Positions 50,267 through 62,584 of a stretch of 64,000 nt of DNA are shown here, one piece after another. Source of the DNA: Amphiscolops sp. MND2022 (lineage: Eukaryota); NCBI GenBank assembly GCA_964187785.1, contig OZ076409.1, positions 69,814,001 through 69,878,000 on the forward strand, given 5' to 3'. The notes below the pieces were generated by a model. The model was not told the origin of the DNA. It saw only the letters and a list, made by a program, of their open reading frames with translations, and searched no databases. The position numbers were made by a program, and so were the translations under genes. How positions within the stretch are numbered: the first letter of the stretch is position 1; the number at the start of each line of letters is the position of its first letter.

Positions 50267-52046
50267 GTGAGTGCATAACTACACTGGAATCGCAAAAACA
50301 AGTAGTTTCTTAAGGCACATAAGGTCATAACTCATAGTGTTTTTGGCATATAATTGCTGAATGACGTCATAGAAATGTTATCTTGTTCAATAGAATTCTG
50401 TCTGCACCTGAAGTATCATCAGCCTTCTAAGTGTGTACAGCGTTTCAACTAACCAAGTATTAAAAAAACAATCCCAATTGTAACTCCTTGTAAAGATATT
50501 AGAAGCCTCCAATTCTTCTGCAAAATATTCTTTGATCATCTCATTACCATAAACTTCAAAACTTCAATTATGGACATTTTAGTTTAAAATTACCAGCTGT
50601 AGTTTTTTCAAAAGTCTTTTCCCAACGATCTGACAGCTTATGAAGCCGAATTACAGAATCCGTAGGCAATGTAGGTAGCACAACAACGTGCAGCATAGGC
50701 TTGTAGAGAACGGAACTATCGACACTATAGTCTTATAAAAAAGCGAAAATATAACTTTCTGTCGTAATCTGAAAAGAAAGAAGGCTGTTTTAAACTTGAG
50801 TACTGTACAACTTAAAAATAACAAAACTACCACCCATCAATTTAACCTGAACAAAAGTTTTTCAATCTATTCATTCAAACACGATCACCGTTTTCATTGA
50901 AAAATTCCAATCTTTTTTAACCTCTTTCGGCCATTGCATAACTTCACAGAGAATAGAAAGCAGGTCTTTTTGCATTCTTGTACTGCCAACCAAACTCATA
51001 GGTTTTTGGATACAACTTTATTTGTCAGGCCCAATTGGAGCCTGCTTTCCAAATCAAGAAATTAATTTCGGGCCATCTGATTGCTTTCTAGTCAGTGCAC
51101 GAGAAATTTACTAAACAACCGGTCCCAGCATCAAGGAAAACAAACTTTCCATACCTTGCTTCATTCAGCCACTCCATAATGATTTTCCCCACTGATACAA
51201 ATCAGTCCATTTATCTGTCCAAATGTCCAATCTTTGTACAGTTTTTCAAGATTTTGGTCTATATCTGTTTTTATTTTCATGAAAGTGATTTCTTTCGATT
51301 GGGATTTTTTTTGCATTATTTCGACAGCAGTCATTGGTTTCTCCAAAATAAAGCAATCGCTTTTCCAACTGATTTGTCGTCTTCAAATTGTGGTTGCCAT
51401 TACCCATATATTGATCTGAATCTCAATGTTTTTCAGCGGCACTATTTTTCGCTGAGATATCAACAGTAAAACTCCTGGAATCTCTTTGAACTTATTAATT
51501 TCCGCCCGCATATAATGGGGGAGGAAAATCATAACCTGTGTTGCGTTTTTTTCCAAATTCTGCCAAATCTCCACGATCTCCATCCACTTGACTATTTTAG
51601 ATACTTGATTATTTTAGCTATTTGACTATTTCAGTTATATTGCGTTTAACCAAGGACGAGGCAGAGGTTAGAAAACAAGCGCTCCCATTTGTCCCAGCAC
51701 GCTATATCCGATTTACCGTTATATCCGAAATTGATTGTGTTTTACTACGGAGGAAGCGGAGTATTGCACTATATCCAAATATTGACGTTATATCCAAAGA
51801 AAATAGCGTTTTACCACGGACGTAAAGTTTCGGTTAAGTGTCTATTGTTACCCAATTCAAGGCGGAAAATATCCCGATGCATAGCGGGCGTCTTGTTGTG
51901 ATGTAATTCCTTACGATGAATCTCGAGCGTGAGCATCCTCCTCAACTGATGTTGTCGCGAACATGTTGTGGCTGAAATTATAGCGATTGCATTTCGTTAA
52001 ATGTTGTATTAGTTTTTCTATTCCGCTGCTGTCAAAAACACGACAC

Positions 52047-52841
52047 GTCAAAACTTTCTGGACCACTTTAAAACTTGCCAGTTCACATACAGATTAAGTT
52101 TATGTTAAATGTTACAAAATGAACTCCAAAGAGATGATAAACATTGTCAAAGAAAATCCATCAGCGGAAAACCTTGAAAAAATTATGCATTGGATCTGAT
52201 TTTGGGTAATACAACTGTTTCTTTTATGGCAAAAAACAATTATGGCGGTAAAATGGACATCAGGTGAGACCCCGAAACATTACCAAAGTGGATCATTTGC
52301 GGATGATACGAGAATTTGCCCGATTCAAGCAACATCAAGAAGGCCAGAAAAATGGTGGTGGTTTGATAATTTGGGGCATAGTTCTTCCCAATGGTTCGCT
52401 TTTTGTAAAAACGGTTTCACGCAGAGTGAATTCCATGGAATGCCGGTCAACTTTATCTGGATTTGTTGTGTCCGGGATTGGGGTAGCATGGGTAATAATC
52501 ATTTTCTCCAATAGGACAATTGTGCTATTCACATTGCCCGTTCATAAATTGTGAAATTTGGTGTATGACGCCAGCAACGCGGATATGTGGAAAAATAAAA
52601 GATCGCATCAAAAACGTTGTTACGGACATAAATTTGAGTTGTTCTGGTCAATTGGTTAAGTTATTTGACTCTATGGTGTCTCGTATTGCTTACAATATTA
52701 AGACAAAGCCTGATAAAAGTCCTCATTAAACTATTTCCGATGTTTCCTTTATGGCCGTCGAAACAATTTTGACGCATTCAGCGTCAACGAGCTCGAATTG
52801 CATGATTGAGATTGGTCCAAAAAGTTTTGACTCACAGCATA
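52047..52841 (+). mobile_element. Decayed Tc1-like transposon
   Basis: TIR core GTCAAAACTTT-TGGACCA / TGGTCCAAAAAGTTTTGAC; remnants GGGLIIWG and Q*DNCAIH. Confidence 0.65.
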
Positions 52842-53111
52842 CGTGCATTGTCGTCAGTTTGAGTCAGAACACTGCTGGACATTTTTGAATGCAATAAATA
52901 CTGTATGGGTTGCATTTTTGTTCAAAGAATTCAGTTATACTAATAGTTCATTTGTTAGTTCATTTGCTGCTGACTAATTGACCTGGTCACCACCGTTGAA
53001 GATTTTTCGACAAGCCAACCGAACGACTTTGAGAAGTGGAGCGAAAATATTCAGTTGCCAACTGAGCATCTTGTTAGGGCATTTACTTATTGTTGTCGAA
53101 CACTCTGTTGT

Positions 53112-53378
53112 AAAAAGTATTTTAAAGTTTCCTGATTAAGAAAAAGAAATTTCTACATTTTCCCGAGTCTTCGATAAGTTTCAACTCTTTACAACTTTAC
53201 TTACAAAAAAGTATTTTAAAGTTTCCTGATTAGGAAAAAGAAATTTCTACATTTTCCCGAGTCTTCGATAAGTTTCAACTCTTTACAACTTTACTTACAA
53301 AAAAGTATTTTAAAGTTTCCTGATTAGGAAAAAGAAATTTCTACATTTTCCCGGGTCTTCGATAAGTTTCAACTCTTT
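53112..53378. repeat. 94-bp tandem repeat, about 2.85 copies
   Basis: GTATTTTAAAGTTTCCTGATTA starts at 53117, 53211 and 53305; copies nearly identical. Confidence 0.93.
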
Positions 53379-54185
53379 CTATAGTATTGACCTTAGGGTT
53401 CACTGCCGCTTCTAATAGATATTCGATATGCAAATCTAACCTTCATCAGAGATGCCATTTTTGGCGAATTTAGTACCAGTATTCGGGGTTTTTGAACTTC
53501 GTTCTGATGACCGCTTCTTCTTTGTTCGACGCTCGAAAACAAACAATTCCCTAATTTTAGCAAAAAAAAACTTGAAAAAAAACTTTTTTCCTGGATTTTC
53601 TTAACCTTCACATAGCTCGCACAAAGCTGCATAATACCATCAGATGAACAAATCTGTATTGATGATACACCGCATTTGCTGCCTCCGTAACTGTTTTTTC
53701 CTTGTTTTTCTTTCCCATCCGGGCAGCAAATAGTCCCGACTATCCCCTAAGGCGGCAATAATCAATATCTGTGTCGCTTATTGATCTCAGCATGTTTAGG
53801 TAAGGTACGAAAATCAAAAAATCGGGGGAAAATGGGAAAAAATGTAGTGTATTAGGGTACAAAGACAGCTAAAGGCAGAAGATCGAACGAAATGACGTAA
53901 AATCTAAATTGTAAGAAAAGCCTTCAAAGTAGATCATAAATGTTCCTCATTACGACATCAAATGAAATGATTTCTCTTTTTTTTTCCTGAATACCTACCT
54001 GTACACATTGATAGCTGTTGCTCGGAATACCCAAAAAGTTGCAACACTAGGTTAAGTTACCACGATGTTAATAACTGTTACCTTTGTACAAAACTACAGT
54101 AGCACCCTGGTTTTATCTTTGAAGAGCTATTTGGAGGTATTTTGATTGTTTCTCAAAGAATTTTACATGCTGTTGGGTTTTGCAG

Positions 54186-54287
54186 GAAAGGAACACCCCT
54201 TTACATATTGCTGTGCAGTACAATAGACAAGAGTTTGCACACGCCCTATTGGACCTGGGAGTGAACCCCAACTCTGTCAGAAACTTG
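54186..54287 (+). CDS. ANKRD6: Ankyrin-repeat exon (ERNTPLHIAVQYNRQEFAHALLDLGVNPNSVRNL)
   Basis: TTGCAG/GTGAGT boundaries, 102 nt, phase 0, TPLH motif. Confidence 0.87.
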
Positions 54288-56513
54288 GTGAGTCATCATT
54301 TTGTTCATTTCTTTCGGCCAGTCAACTATTCGTATTACGCCATTACTGTGCATGGACCAATAAAAATTTGAAAACTTTTCGAATTTATCCAGGTTGAGTA
54401 GCTTTTGGAGATTTTTAGAAACTACAAATTTTGTTCAATGTATGTTACTTCAGCAAAAGCAAACGTTTCTAGAAATTTCCTTAAATCACAAAACTCTCTT
54501 TTTAACCTTTTTAGTCTTGTTTTTGATATCTTGGAAAATATATCAAACATTGGAGCCGAAACAGATCACTTGTACCTTGTAACATGCCGATATCTTTTGA
54601 AGTTCCACTTTTCTGAAATTATTTCACAACAGTTCTCAAAGCATTCGAGTCTGATGTTATGTCACTGCGATAAAAGTACAGCAAAAAACTTCTCTTCGAT
54701 TGCTGTCTCGGATCAAATTTATCTCAAAAATGAAATTTCAATAGAATCTCATGTTTTATTGAGATATTTCGACCATATAATTTTTCTCTTCCTTATTTCT
54801 AAACATGGATGGAGTGAGCGGATCGGCTACAAACTGCCTTTTCTCCGGTTATGTTTGCAGTCGCTTTGAAATGGCTCTAAAGCTTCAATATGAAAACTAA
54901 TTTACTCTGTTTGCCAGACTGAACAAAGTCTACAAACGCCAATTTCCGGACCTCCCAATAGCGCAAATAAAAAAAACAGTTCCTCAGCCGTTGCTTATCC
55001 GTCACGGAAGGTATGATATTTTGCCACTTTTAGCCAGTTTTTGATCCTTCGGCGCTACTTGAGTGTCATTATGACCTAATGATTCAAAACGTCCGCTATC
55101 CTCGGATATAATACTCGCCCTGAATTTTTGTATCAACGTACATTCATAAAAATTGGGTTCTTATGAACAATAGACCCCCCACGCCCCAGCAGACACTCTT
55201 CGTGTTAGAAACATATCAATTAGTAGCCATTTTTAGTCGGCACATTTTCTCTTAAAGAAAAAAGCCCGACTATTACAGTGACTAGTTCGTTTTTTTTTCG
55301 TCAGATAACAGAATGTATGCGTAGTGGACACTTTTTACAAAAACTACTAAACTACTGTACCGGCCAATTCTGGCCAGCGAAAACGCATCTAAGGTAATGC
55401 AGAGGGTCTCCTTTTTTCCTTTTTTAACGTAACATACAAAACCAAACGATACTAAAGTGTCCCCTTTTGACTGTATTTTTGGAACTGAAACTTTTTTCGA
55501 AAATTTTCAAGTCACCAAAGTTCGGTCCCCACTTCAATTTTTGTGATATTTCGAAACAAAATGGATGTCAAAAGAATCCCAACGTGTCCCACCATATAGA
55601 TTTTTGGCACTATGAGACTGTTCAAAATTCTGATTTTTTGGTCTGATAATAGGTGCTCTCAACATATATCCACCAAATAATTTTTTCAATACTGCCCGAA
55701 TTTTGAAGGTGGAGATTCGGAAAAATTGGGCTACATCCGAATTTTCAACGTTACAACCGAACTATATTGCGTTTTACTAAGGAGGAAGCGAAGGTGCGAA
55801 AACAACCGCTCCCATTTGTCCCAGCACGCTTTGGACGTTGTATCCGAAGTAATTTGCGTTTAACTGAGGAGGAGCCGTAGGATCAAAAAAGAGCTCGTAT
55901 TTGTCTTAGCACGCTATATCCGAAATTCTGAAGCGTTTTCCAACCACAAAAGGCACCCTTTTGGTGTTTCAAAATTTTTTGTAATTTTTTTTTCATAAAC
56001 GTCCTGAGCATATTTTCAAAACTTTACGCTTTTTGAGCCTTAGATTTAGCGCCATCTTTAGAAATTCCCTTCTTGTTAGCTTTAAAAAGCACTGCTTGGG
56101 CCCGAGAACGAGAGAATTTCGTCATTTATAAGATCCAAAAATTCTTCAAAACATCCACAAAAAGTCGAAAAAAAATGTTTTCGTTTTGCCATTTTCCTAT
56201 TTTTGGCAATTCTTCAAAAAATTCATGTATGCTACGAGCCCCATTTTTTTAAAAAATCGTAGGACATGGAAGGCTACTTTCATGGAACGGCTTATCTTTT
56301 CAGCATATAATTTAATTTCGGTAAAATTCTTTATTCTATTCAATGCTCGGACACAGAATATGGGCGAAAGTCAACAACTTTTTAACGAAAATTGTTTTGC
56401 GAAATGAGAAAACATTTTAAAATCAACTACTAATTGCCCAGGTTTTTTCATCGCTTCCTAATGGAATACCCTTCTTGATAATGGTTGTTTGGACAGTCTC
56501 GTGAGTCATGTAT

Positions 56514-57353
56514 TGTAACAGCCAGCAGTTTTCCGTCGCTTAACACACTACCGAAGGTGGAGGAAGCTGTAGAATGGGAATATCGTCAGAGACTAGATAC
56601 TGTAACGACAAGCACTTAATGTTCAGCCGGAACAAGAGGTGGAGGATATCATGGCTATAGATCCAGGACTGACCACCATGGCATTAGTCCATTTGGCCTC
56701 CTAAGAGTTGCCTGTCCCGAGGAGAGGGAATCGTCCTAAAGGATGCTCTCCGGCCTGATTCCAGTCTTTAACTGCTGCAAATAACGGGCATACGTCTCGG
56801 ACTTTCGCCTCGGACCACCGTTTAGACCGCTTTCAAAAACAATGTCAAGAATATTCGGTGGTAATTTCCACCTGAGTGTGATATGGGAATAGTATCTAAA
56901 ATTGCCAAAACTAGCTCTCGCGCTAGCAAATACAGCTAAAAGCAGTGAAAATACATCAAAGCAAGCATAAATTTGGCAAGCCACACAGCTACAAGCTGGG
57001 GTGCCGTGGCTCCAAGTACCAAACAAAGACTTTTAGGCGAAAAACTCATTTCTCCGGTTCGAACTACTTAATGTAGCATAAAGCTGAAAATCGGCAAAAA
57101 CCGGGGTTAGCACCTCCGAAAGAATTTTCTATGAGTCTTTAGGTCTCTGGGAGCTCTCAGGCTATCTGTTCTCCGTGTTCCCGCTCGGTCTGCTCTCGTC
57201 TTCGTTTTGCATCGAAAATGGCGAAAACAGCGAAAAGAGCCATCACAAGCTTAATGCCACGTCAAACATCGAATTAGAATTTTTGCCCGGATTTCTGAAC
57301 ATGTCCAAGTTCCAAAATCAACTCATTTTGCTGTACCAGAAGGTTCAGTTACA
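56514..57353 (-). mobile_element. Diverged solo LTR related to 34161-34933, with further fragments at ~57375-57490 and ~58095-58490
   Basis: TGTAAC...GTTACA ends; shared blocks CGCTTAACAC..GGTGGAGGAA, GCTGAAAATCG, CAGCGAAAAGAGC and ATTAGAATTTTTG. Flanks TAT/AAA do not form a TSD. Confidence 0.75.
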
Positions 57354-58947
57354 AAATAATTGTCAGAAATTCATTTTGCCGCAAGGTTGAAATACGTCCC
57401 GTGGGGTCGTGGGGGAGTTCCCGCTTCAGGCGATACTTACCGACTGGTCCTAGTCCTTGATTGCCATACGTAACTGGCATCTTTTTGCTCCAGGAAATCT
57501 ACGAACAACCGGTCAAATAAAGCTAACAAGATGGAAACGTCTAAATTGGGCGCTATATCTAAGGCTCAAACAGCGCGAAGTGTAAAAAGTGTAAAAGGGG
57601 GACCCTTTGGGCTTTTTGAAAATCCAGTTTGTTGCAAAATATCAAACAAATGAAGGGTTCCCTTTGAAAACATTGAAAAAAATTTTCGAAGAAAAAACGA
57701 AAATGAGAATTTGGGACAGCCTCATAGTGCCGAAAAGTTAAAGGGTCCTTTGGACTTTTTGACCATCCATTCAGTTGCAAAACATAAAAAAATTAGAGGG
57801 GACGCTTTGGAGGCATCAAATAGTTTTCGAAAACAAGTCTCGCAAAGCCGAAAAGAGGGCGGGTAAAGTCTCATAGTGCCAAAAAATTGAAATGGGGAGA
57901 CTTCGGATGCGTTCAAATTAAGTACTGAGTACTTATGGTAAAAGTGCATATTGCGCAAAAAGTGGTGTTTACAGGTGAGCTCTTTGGTTTGAGGAAAAAA
58001 GAGGAAAGACTGGCCATTTTAGTAGTCGGGCACTTTTAACTAGAAAAGTGTTGACTAAAAACAGAACCACGAATGAGGTAAATTTTCAATTCCAGTGTGA
58101 CAGGGGATATACAAAGGTAGCTCCCAAGATAGAAAATATAGATATAAAAATAGATAATCATACAACCATACATCGAATTAGCAAACCACACAACTAAAAC
58201 CTGGGGCCCCAAGTACAAAACAGATATCGATGCAAAAAGACACATTTTTCGGTTTCGCTAACCTCAGATCGCATCTTGCTAAAATACATCAAAACCGTAG
58301 GTTAGCAAGCACCTGTAATAAGAGTCCTTTTGCAGCCTCTTTCAGTTCTTTGTCTCGGCCTGCCATTTAGGATCTCTCGGTCTCTCTGTCTGCTTTCGTC
58401 TATTGTTTTTCATCCAAATGACGGAAACTGCGAAATGAGCAATCACATGCCAATGCCACGTCAAAATCCGAATTAGAACTTTTCACCAACTTCGGCAGAC
58501 CATCACTTTCATTATCTACCATCGTCATAATCATTAGCGGGTAACGCCATACAACATTAGAGGGTGATGTTGCAAATAATCAAGGTTGATATCATTGCTT
58601 GATTCAATCTATGATAAGCCATGATTCATCATTGATTAACCCATGAAATTCCGTGATACATTACTGAGTAAAACGTTTTCAGCAGAGATCCAAATTTGTC
58701 ATGTTTCACAAAGCCCACACCAGAAGGCCATCTACGTTTTCCAAAACAATGTTTACTGTAGTTTTGCAAAAAATTGCATTCTGTTGAAAAATGGTTTCAA
58801 AATTAACTTGAAGTGCGTTTCAAATAACAATAGGCTTGATTTATTCCACAATAATCACTTGGAAACAGAGAAAGTCATCTTTTAACAGTATTTCTTATTT
58901 GTAATACACAATTTCCAGTTTTCCTTCTCGTTTTCCCCTCCGTCTAG

Positions 58948-59147
58948 NNNNNNNNNNNNNNNNNNNNNNNNNNNNNNNNNNNNNNNNNNNNNNNNNNNNN
59001 NNNNNNNNNNNNNNNNNNNNNNNNNNNNNNNNNNNNNNNNNNNNNNNNNNNNNNNNNNNNNNNNNNNNNNNNNNNNNNNNNNNNNNNNNNNNNNNNNNNN
59101 NNNNNNNNNNNNNNNNNNNNNNNNNNNNNNNNNNNNNNNNNNNNNNN
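58948..59147. other. Assembly gap (200 N)
   Basis: Run of N. Confidence 1.
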
Positions 59148-61595
59148 CGGGTTTGTTAATGGCGTATTTGTTTTTCGTGTCCGACAAAAAACAACTCGAG
59201 AAGCCTATCGGATTTAATGTTCCGTCGGGCTGTTCTTGCAATAGGGTCGCCTCAAGCTTTTTGTGCTTGCGTCGGTGGTTATCACAATTAAAAAATCGGA
59301 GTTAAAATGTGCCAGAAACGGTCTTTCTGTGATTTTTTGATTTTTGTTTCAAGTTTTCCGTCCATATACATTTATTGTTGTTATTCCGTAACTGTAACAA
59401 GCTGTTTGGGCGCAAAGATTGTCAATGTACTTTGACAAATATTGGATGGCCCTCAGAAAACATTTTAATTCTTGTTCGTTGTTCGGTTGCTCTGAGTATT
59501 TTATTGCTAGAAACTTGTCATGCAATGCTTCGATTCCGACCTGGTTATTTATGGAGCCGATCCATTCAATTTCTGTTTCGAAGAACGGATTTAGTTTCGC
59601 TCAGTCTATATACGGCCTTTTCTAACTTAGTTAGGACATCGATTAGTTCTTTCATGTGCTCTTTATTTGAGCCTTTTGGTACTACAATGATATCATCTAA
59701 CCATGTTGGGTGTTTTTATTCCAGTGTCTGGTTATTCTTTTCGTAGAAGATTGTCGGTATATTTGCTCACCCGTAGAACCCTTTAAGGAAACGGTAGTAA
59801 CCGGTGAAGTTCCCCCGGTTACGGATAATATGCACATGTCTCTGGCTTCTCTCGAACGTAGTAACTGACCTTATGTATATTCCAGATCGAATTTTGAAAT
59901 CCAAATTTCGTCTGCTGGAGCGTCTGCTATTTTTTACTGTGTGGTTTTCGTTGAAAAGTTTCTTGAATTTCGTTTTTAGTCTCTTTACATCCGGGTCTTC
60001 TTTCACTTGATAGGTTTGTTGGACGATTTTACCGGTCTCCAGCATTTTTCTCAGTCTTCCATCTAGTCCAAGCCTAGTAAAGGGTGTGTTTTCTTTTGTA
60101 CTAAAATTTCCATTGCTTTTTGTGTTCCGTTAATTCCCACTTTTGCAGTTGTTTTTGATTCAAATTGTATCCGATTGTCATTTATGCCCTGTATTTTGTT
60201 TCCAAAGGGTGTACTGGTGTTATTCTGTTGAACTGGGTCTTCGGTATTTGCGTAAACGCTGAACCTTGTCTAAAATGAATTTAATTGGTCGGTTGTTAAC
60301 CAATGCGGTGATTGTGAAGAATTCCGGACCATTGCTATTTATTAAACTTGTTGAATGTTTTTTTCTGTTTCACTGAATGTATTGTGTTCGGTGTCCAGTC
60401 ATCTTCACCTACTTCTTTCGCTTTCCATTGATTGGTTTACTTCTCTGTTTGCGCGGCAGCATTCGGCAAAATGGCCGATTTTTCCACACGTTGCACATTT
60501 CTTTCCTCGGGCAGGACATTCATGTTGTCGTGACAAGTTCGGTTCTCCTCAACGGTTGCAATTTATTTTCTTGAATTTCGTCGGGTTTTCCGGTTGCTTT
60601 TCGTAGATCTTGTCTATCATTTATTTAGATTATTTTTCTTCCTCGGTTTCCGGTGAGTCATTCTGTTTTCCATACATGTATTCGGCACTGCATCGGTTAT
60701 TGCTTCTACCGACATATCCATTTTTCTAATATTTTTCTTCAAGTCGTTATCAAGCGTTGATTTACCGATAAGGGACAGAAATTTTGATGCCAGAAGTTCT
60801 GCTGCAGTTATTGTTTCAATTTCGGGGTTCTTTTTTCTTCTACTATCCGTTTCCACACGTCTGCTACGGTTTCGCCGTCTTCCCATTTCAAATCGTAAGA
60901 ATCGGCTCTACTGTGATGTACGTTCCTTTCTGGAGTTAAATGTAGTCGGAAATGCGTGGACAATTTGTATAGAGGTAGTGTGCTCGGTTCTCTTTCCCTG
61001 CCCGTTTTTGGCATCTCCGTGATAGCATTTTATCCAGTAGCCCATATAAAAATGTCTTTTGTATCTGTTTCAAGTTAATCACGGTATTGTGGTAGTATCT
61101 CTTTGCTGTCCGTGATGGTTGATAGATTGATGTCCTCCGTCATTTTTATGTACTGGACAAACTTTCTCCACCACATACTCGCATTGGATTGGTCTTGCTT
61201 CTCTAAAGTGGGAATTGTGAGCTTCTGGGTACAGGTCTGGTCTGCCGTCCTCTTCATTGTATCATATGATAACATTTGTCCACTATGCCGTGTTCCCGCT
61301 GACATCACTGTATTTTCTCCATCTCTTGAGGTTTCCTCAATGTCGGCTGTTGACTTCGATGGTGGTCACGTAAATATTTGAGGATTACGCTGACTGCGCC
61401 ATGTTGTATTATAGCTCATAAGTAAAAGAGATTGTTTCATTCAAACTCAACTGTTTTCTATCTTGTTCTGACTCTATGTGGTCAAAATATCATCTGCACT
61501 AAGTGGGCAGGTATTTAATAAAAGAACATCATATAAATAGAATAACATGACAACAAAAGCAGACTAATTAATGTAGATTGTCTGAGTCCTCTACA
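59148..61595 (-). mobile_element. Decayed Mag-like Gypsy element, 5' part (LTR, PBS, gag, PR, RT, RH start)
   Basis: PBS TGGCGCAGTCAGCG at 61389-61402, putative LTR 61403-61595, WWRKFVQYI gag motif, Zn knuckles near 60460-60560, GYYRFLKGFYG, WLDD. Many frameshifts. Confidence 0.85.
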
Positions 61596-61622
61596 GGGTT
61601 AATCATATTGTTCGAACTGAAA

Positions 61623-61840
61623 TACTTCGAATATATAATTTACACGCGAGTCTTTTTCCCGAAGTGACACCGAATTGTATCGCTTCTTGTTGCTAAAAAA
61701 TTGTTAACAAATTTCCTTCAATTGTTAGCAATTGCTTACAATTGAAGGAAAATTGTTAACAACTTTTTAGCAGCAAGAAGCTATACTATTCGGTGTCTCT
61801 TTGGGAGGAAGACTCTAGTGTAAGTTATATTTTCGAAGTA
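61623..61840. mobile_element. Palindromic TA-flanked MITE-like hairpin (218 bp)
   Basis: TACTTCGAA...TTCGAAGTA; arms pair imperfectly to the centre AGCAATTGCT with no spacer. Confidence 0.8.
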
Positions 61841-62584
61841 CCTGTCTCTTTAAACAACCACTGCATAGTTGAACAACATTGAGTATCATTGATTCAAACA
61901 TTCACATTTTTTCACGGCTCTTGAACGTTTTTCCAGAGGACAAAAATTAACCCGAGCTAATCCGGCAACTTCCTCATGGTGAATTACAACTGAAAAAAAA
62001 TTTTGCCGATGGTTGAAGTATTAAAACCAAAACCATTCTTTGTTGAACGCTTTTGGGATAAAAATACGCCTGTTTTAACAGTTATTGAAAACAGTTATCG
62101 CCTTTTGCATATTCTTTCTAAAATATACTCAATTTCCATACTTTTCCCGAAAACAATGTAACCCCACTCATATTTAGAATAAGTCAGTATGAAGTAAACT
62201 CAATTTACTATTGAAGAGACCGCTTTATAGAAGTGGCAGGTTTCAATATGTACAAATACCGATAAGCTAATTAACCTAAATCTAAATTGATTGGCGGTCT
62301 ATGTGCCGTCATTGATACTCTTCATTTCTATCCTTGTCTGAAGTCTGAGGCAGGTTGGAGCGATACAAATGGCTTTACCCATATAGTGGCGAAGTACGGA
62401 CGTTTTTGTGACGCCGGTCATTGGACACGTTATGGTTTTTCACAATTGGCTGGTGTTTGCAGTTTGTAGTTTATCAGAATATGCACAAGGTTTGATTTTC
62501 TAGGGTTCTTTTCGAAGAGTTGTTATTGACACTTTTTGTGGAATGTCTTTTCGGCTTCGCGAGAAGGTTTTCTATCTAGGTTCA

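Noticed and set aside
50650..51600. Coding-like broken frames on the minus strand
   Set aside because: No identifiable family, termini or splice structure; needs TBLASTX.
58882..59241. 119-aa ORF
   Set aside because: Spans the N gap; only its first part is a Gypsy RNase H remnant.
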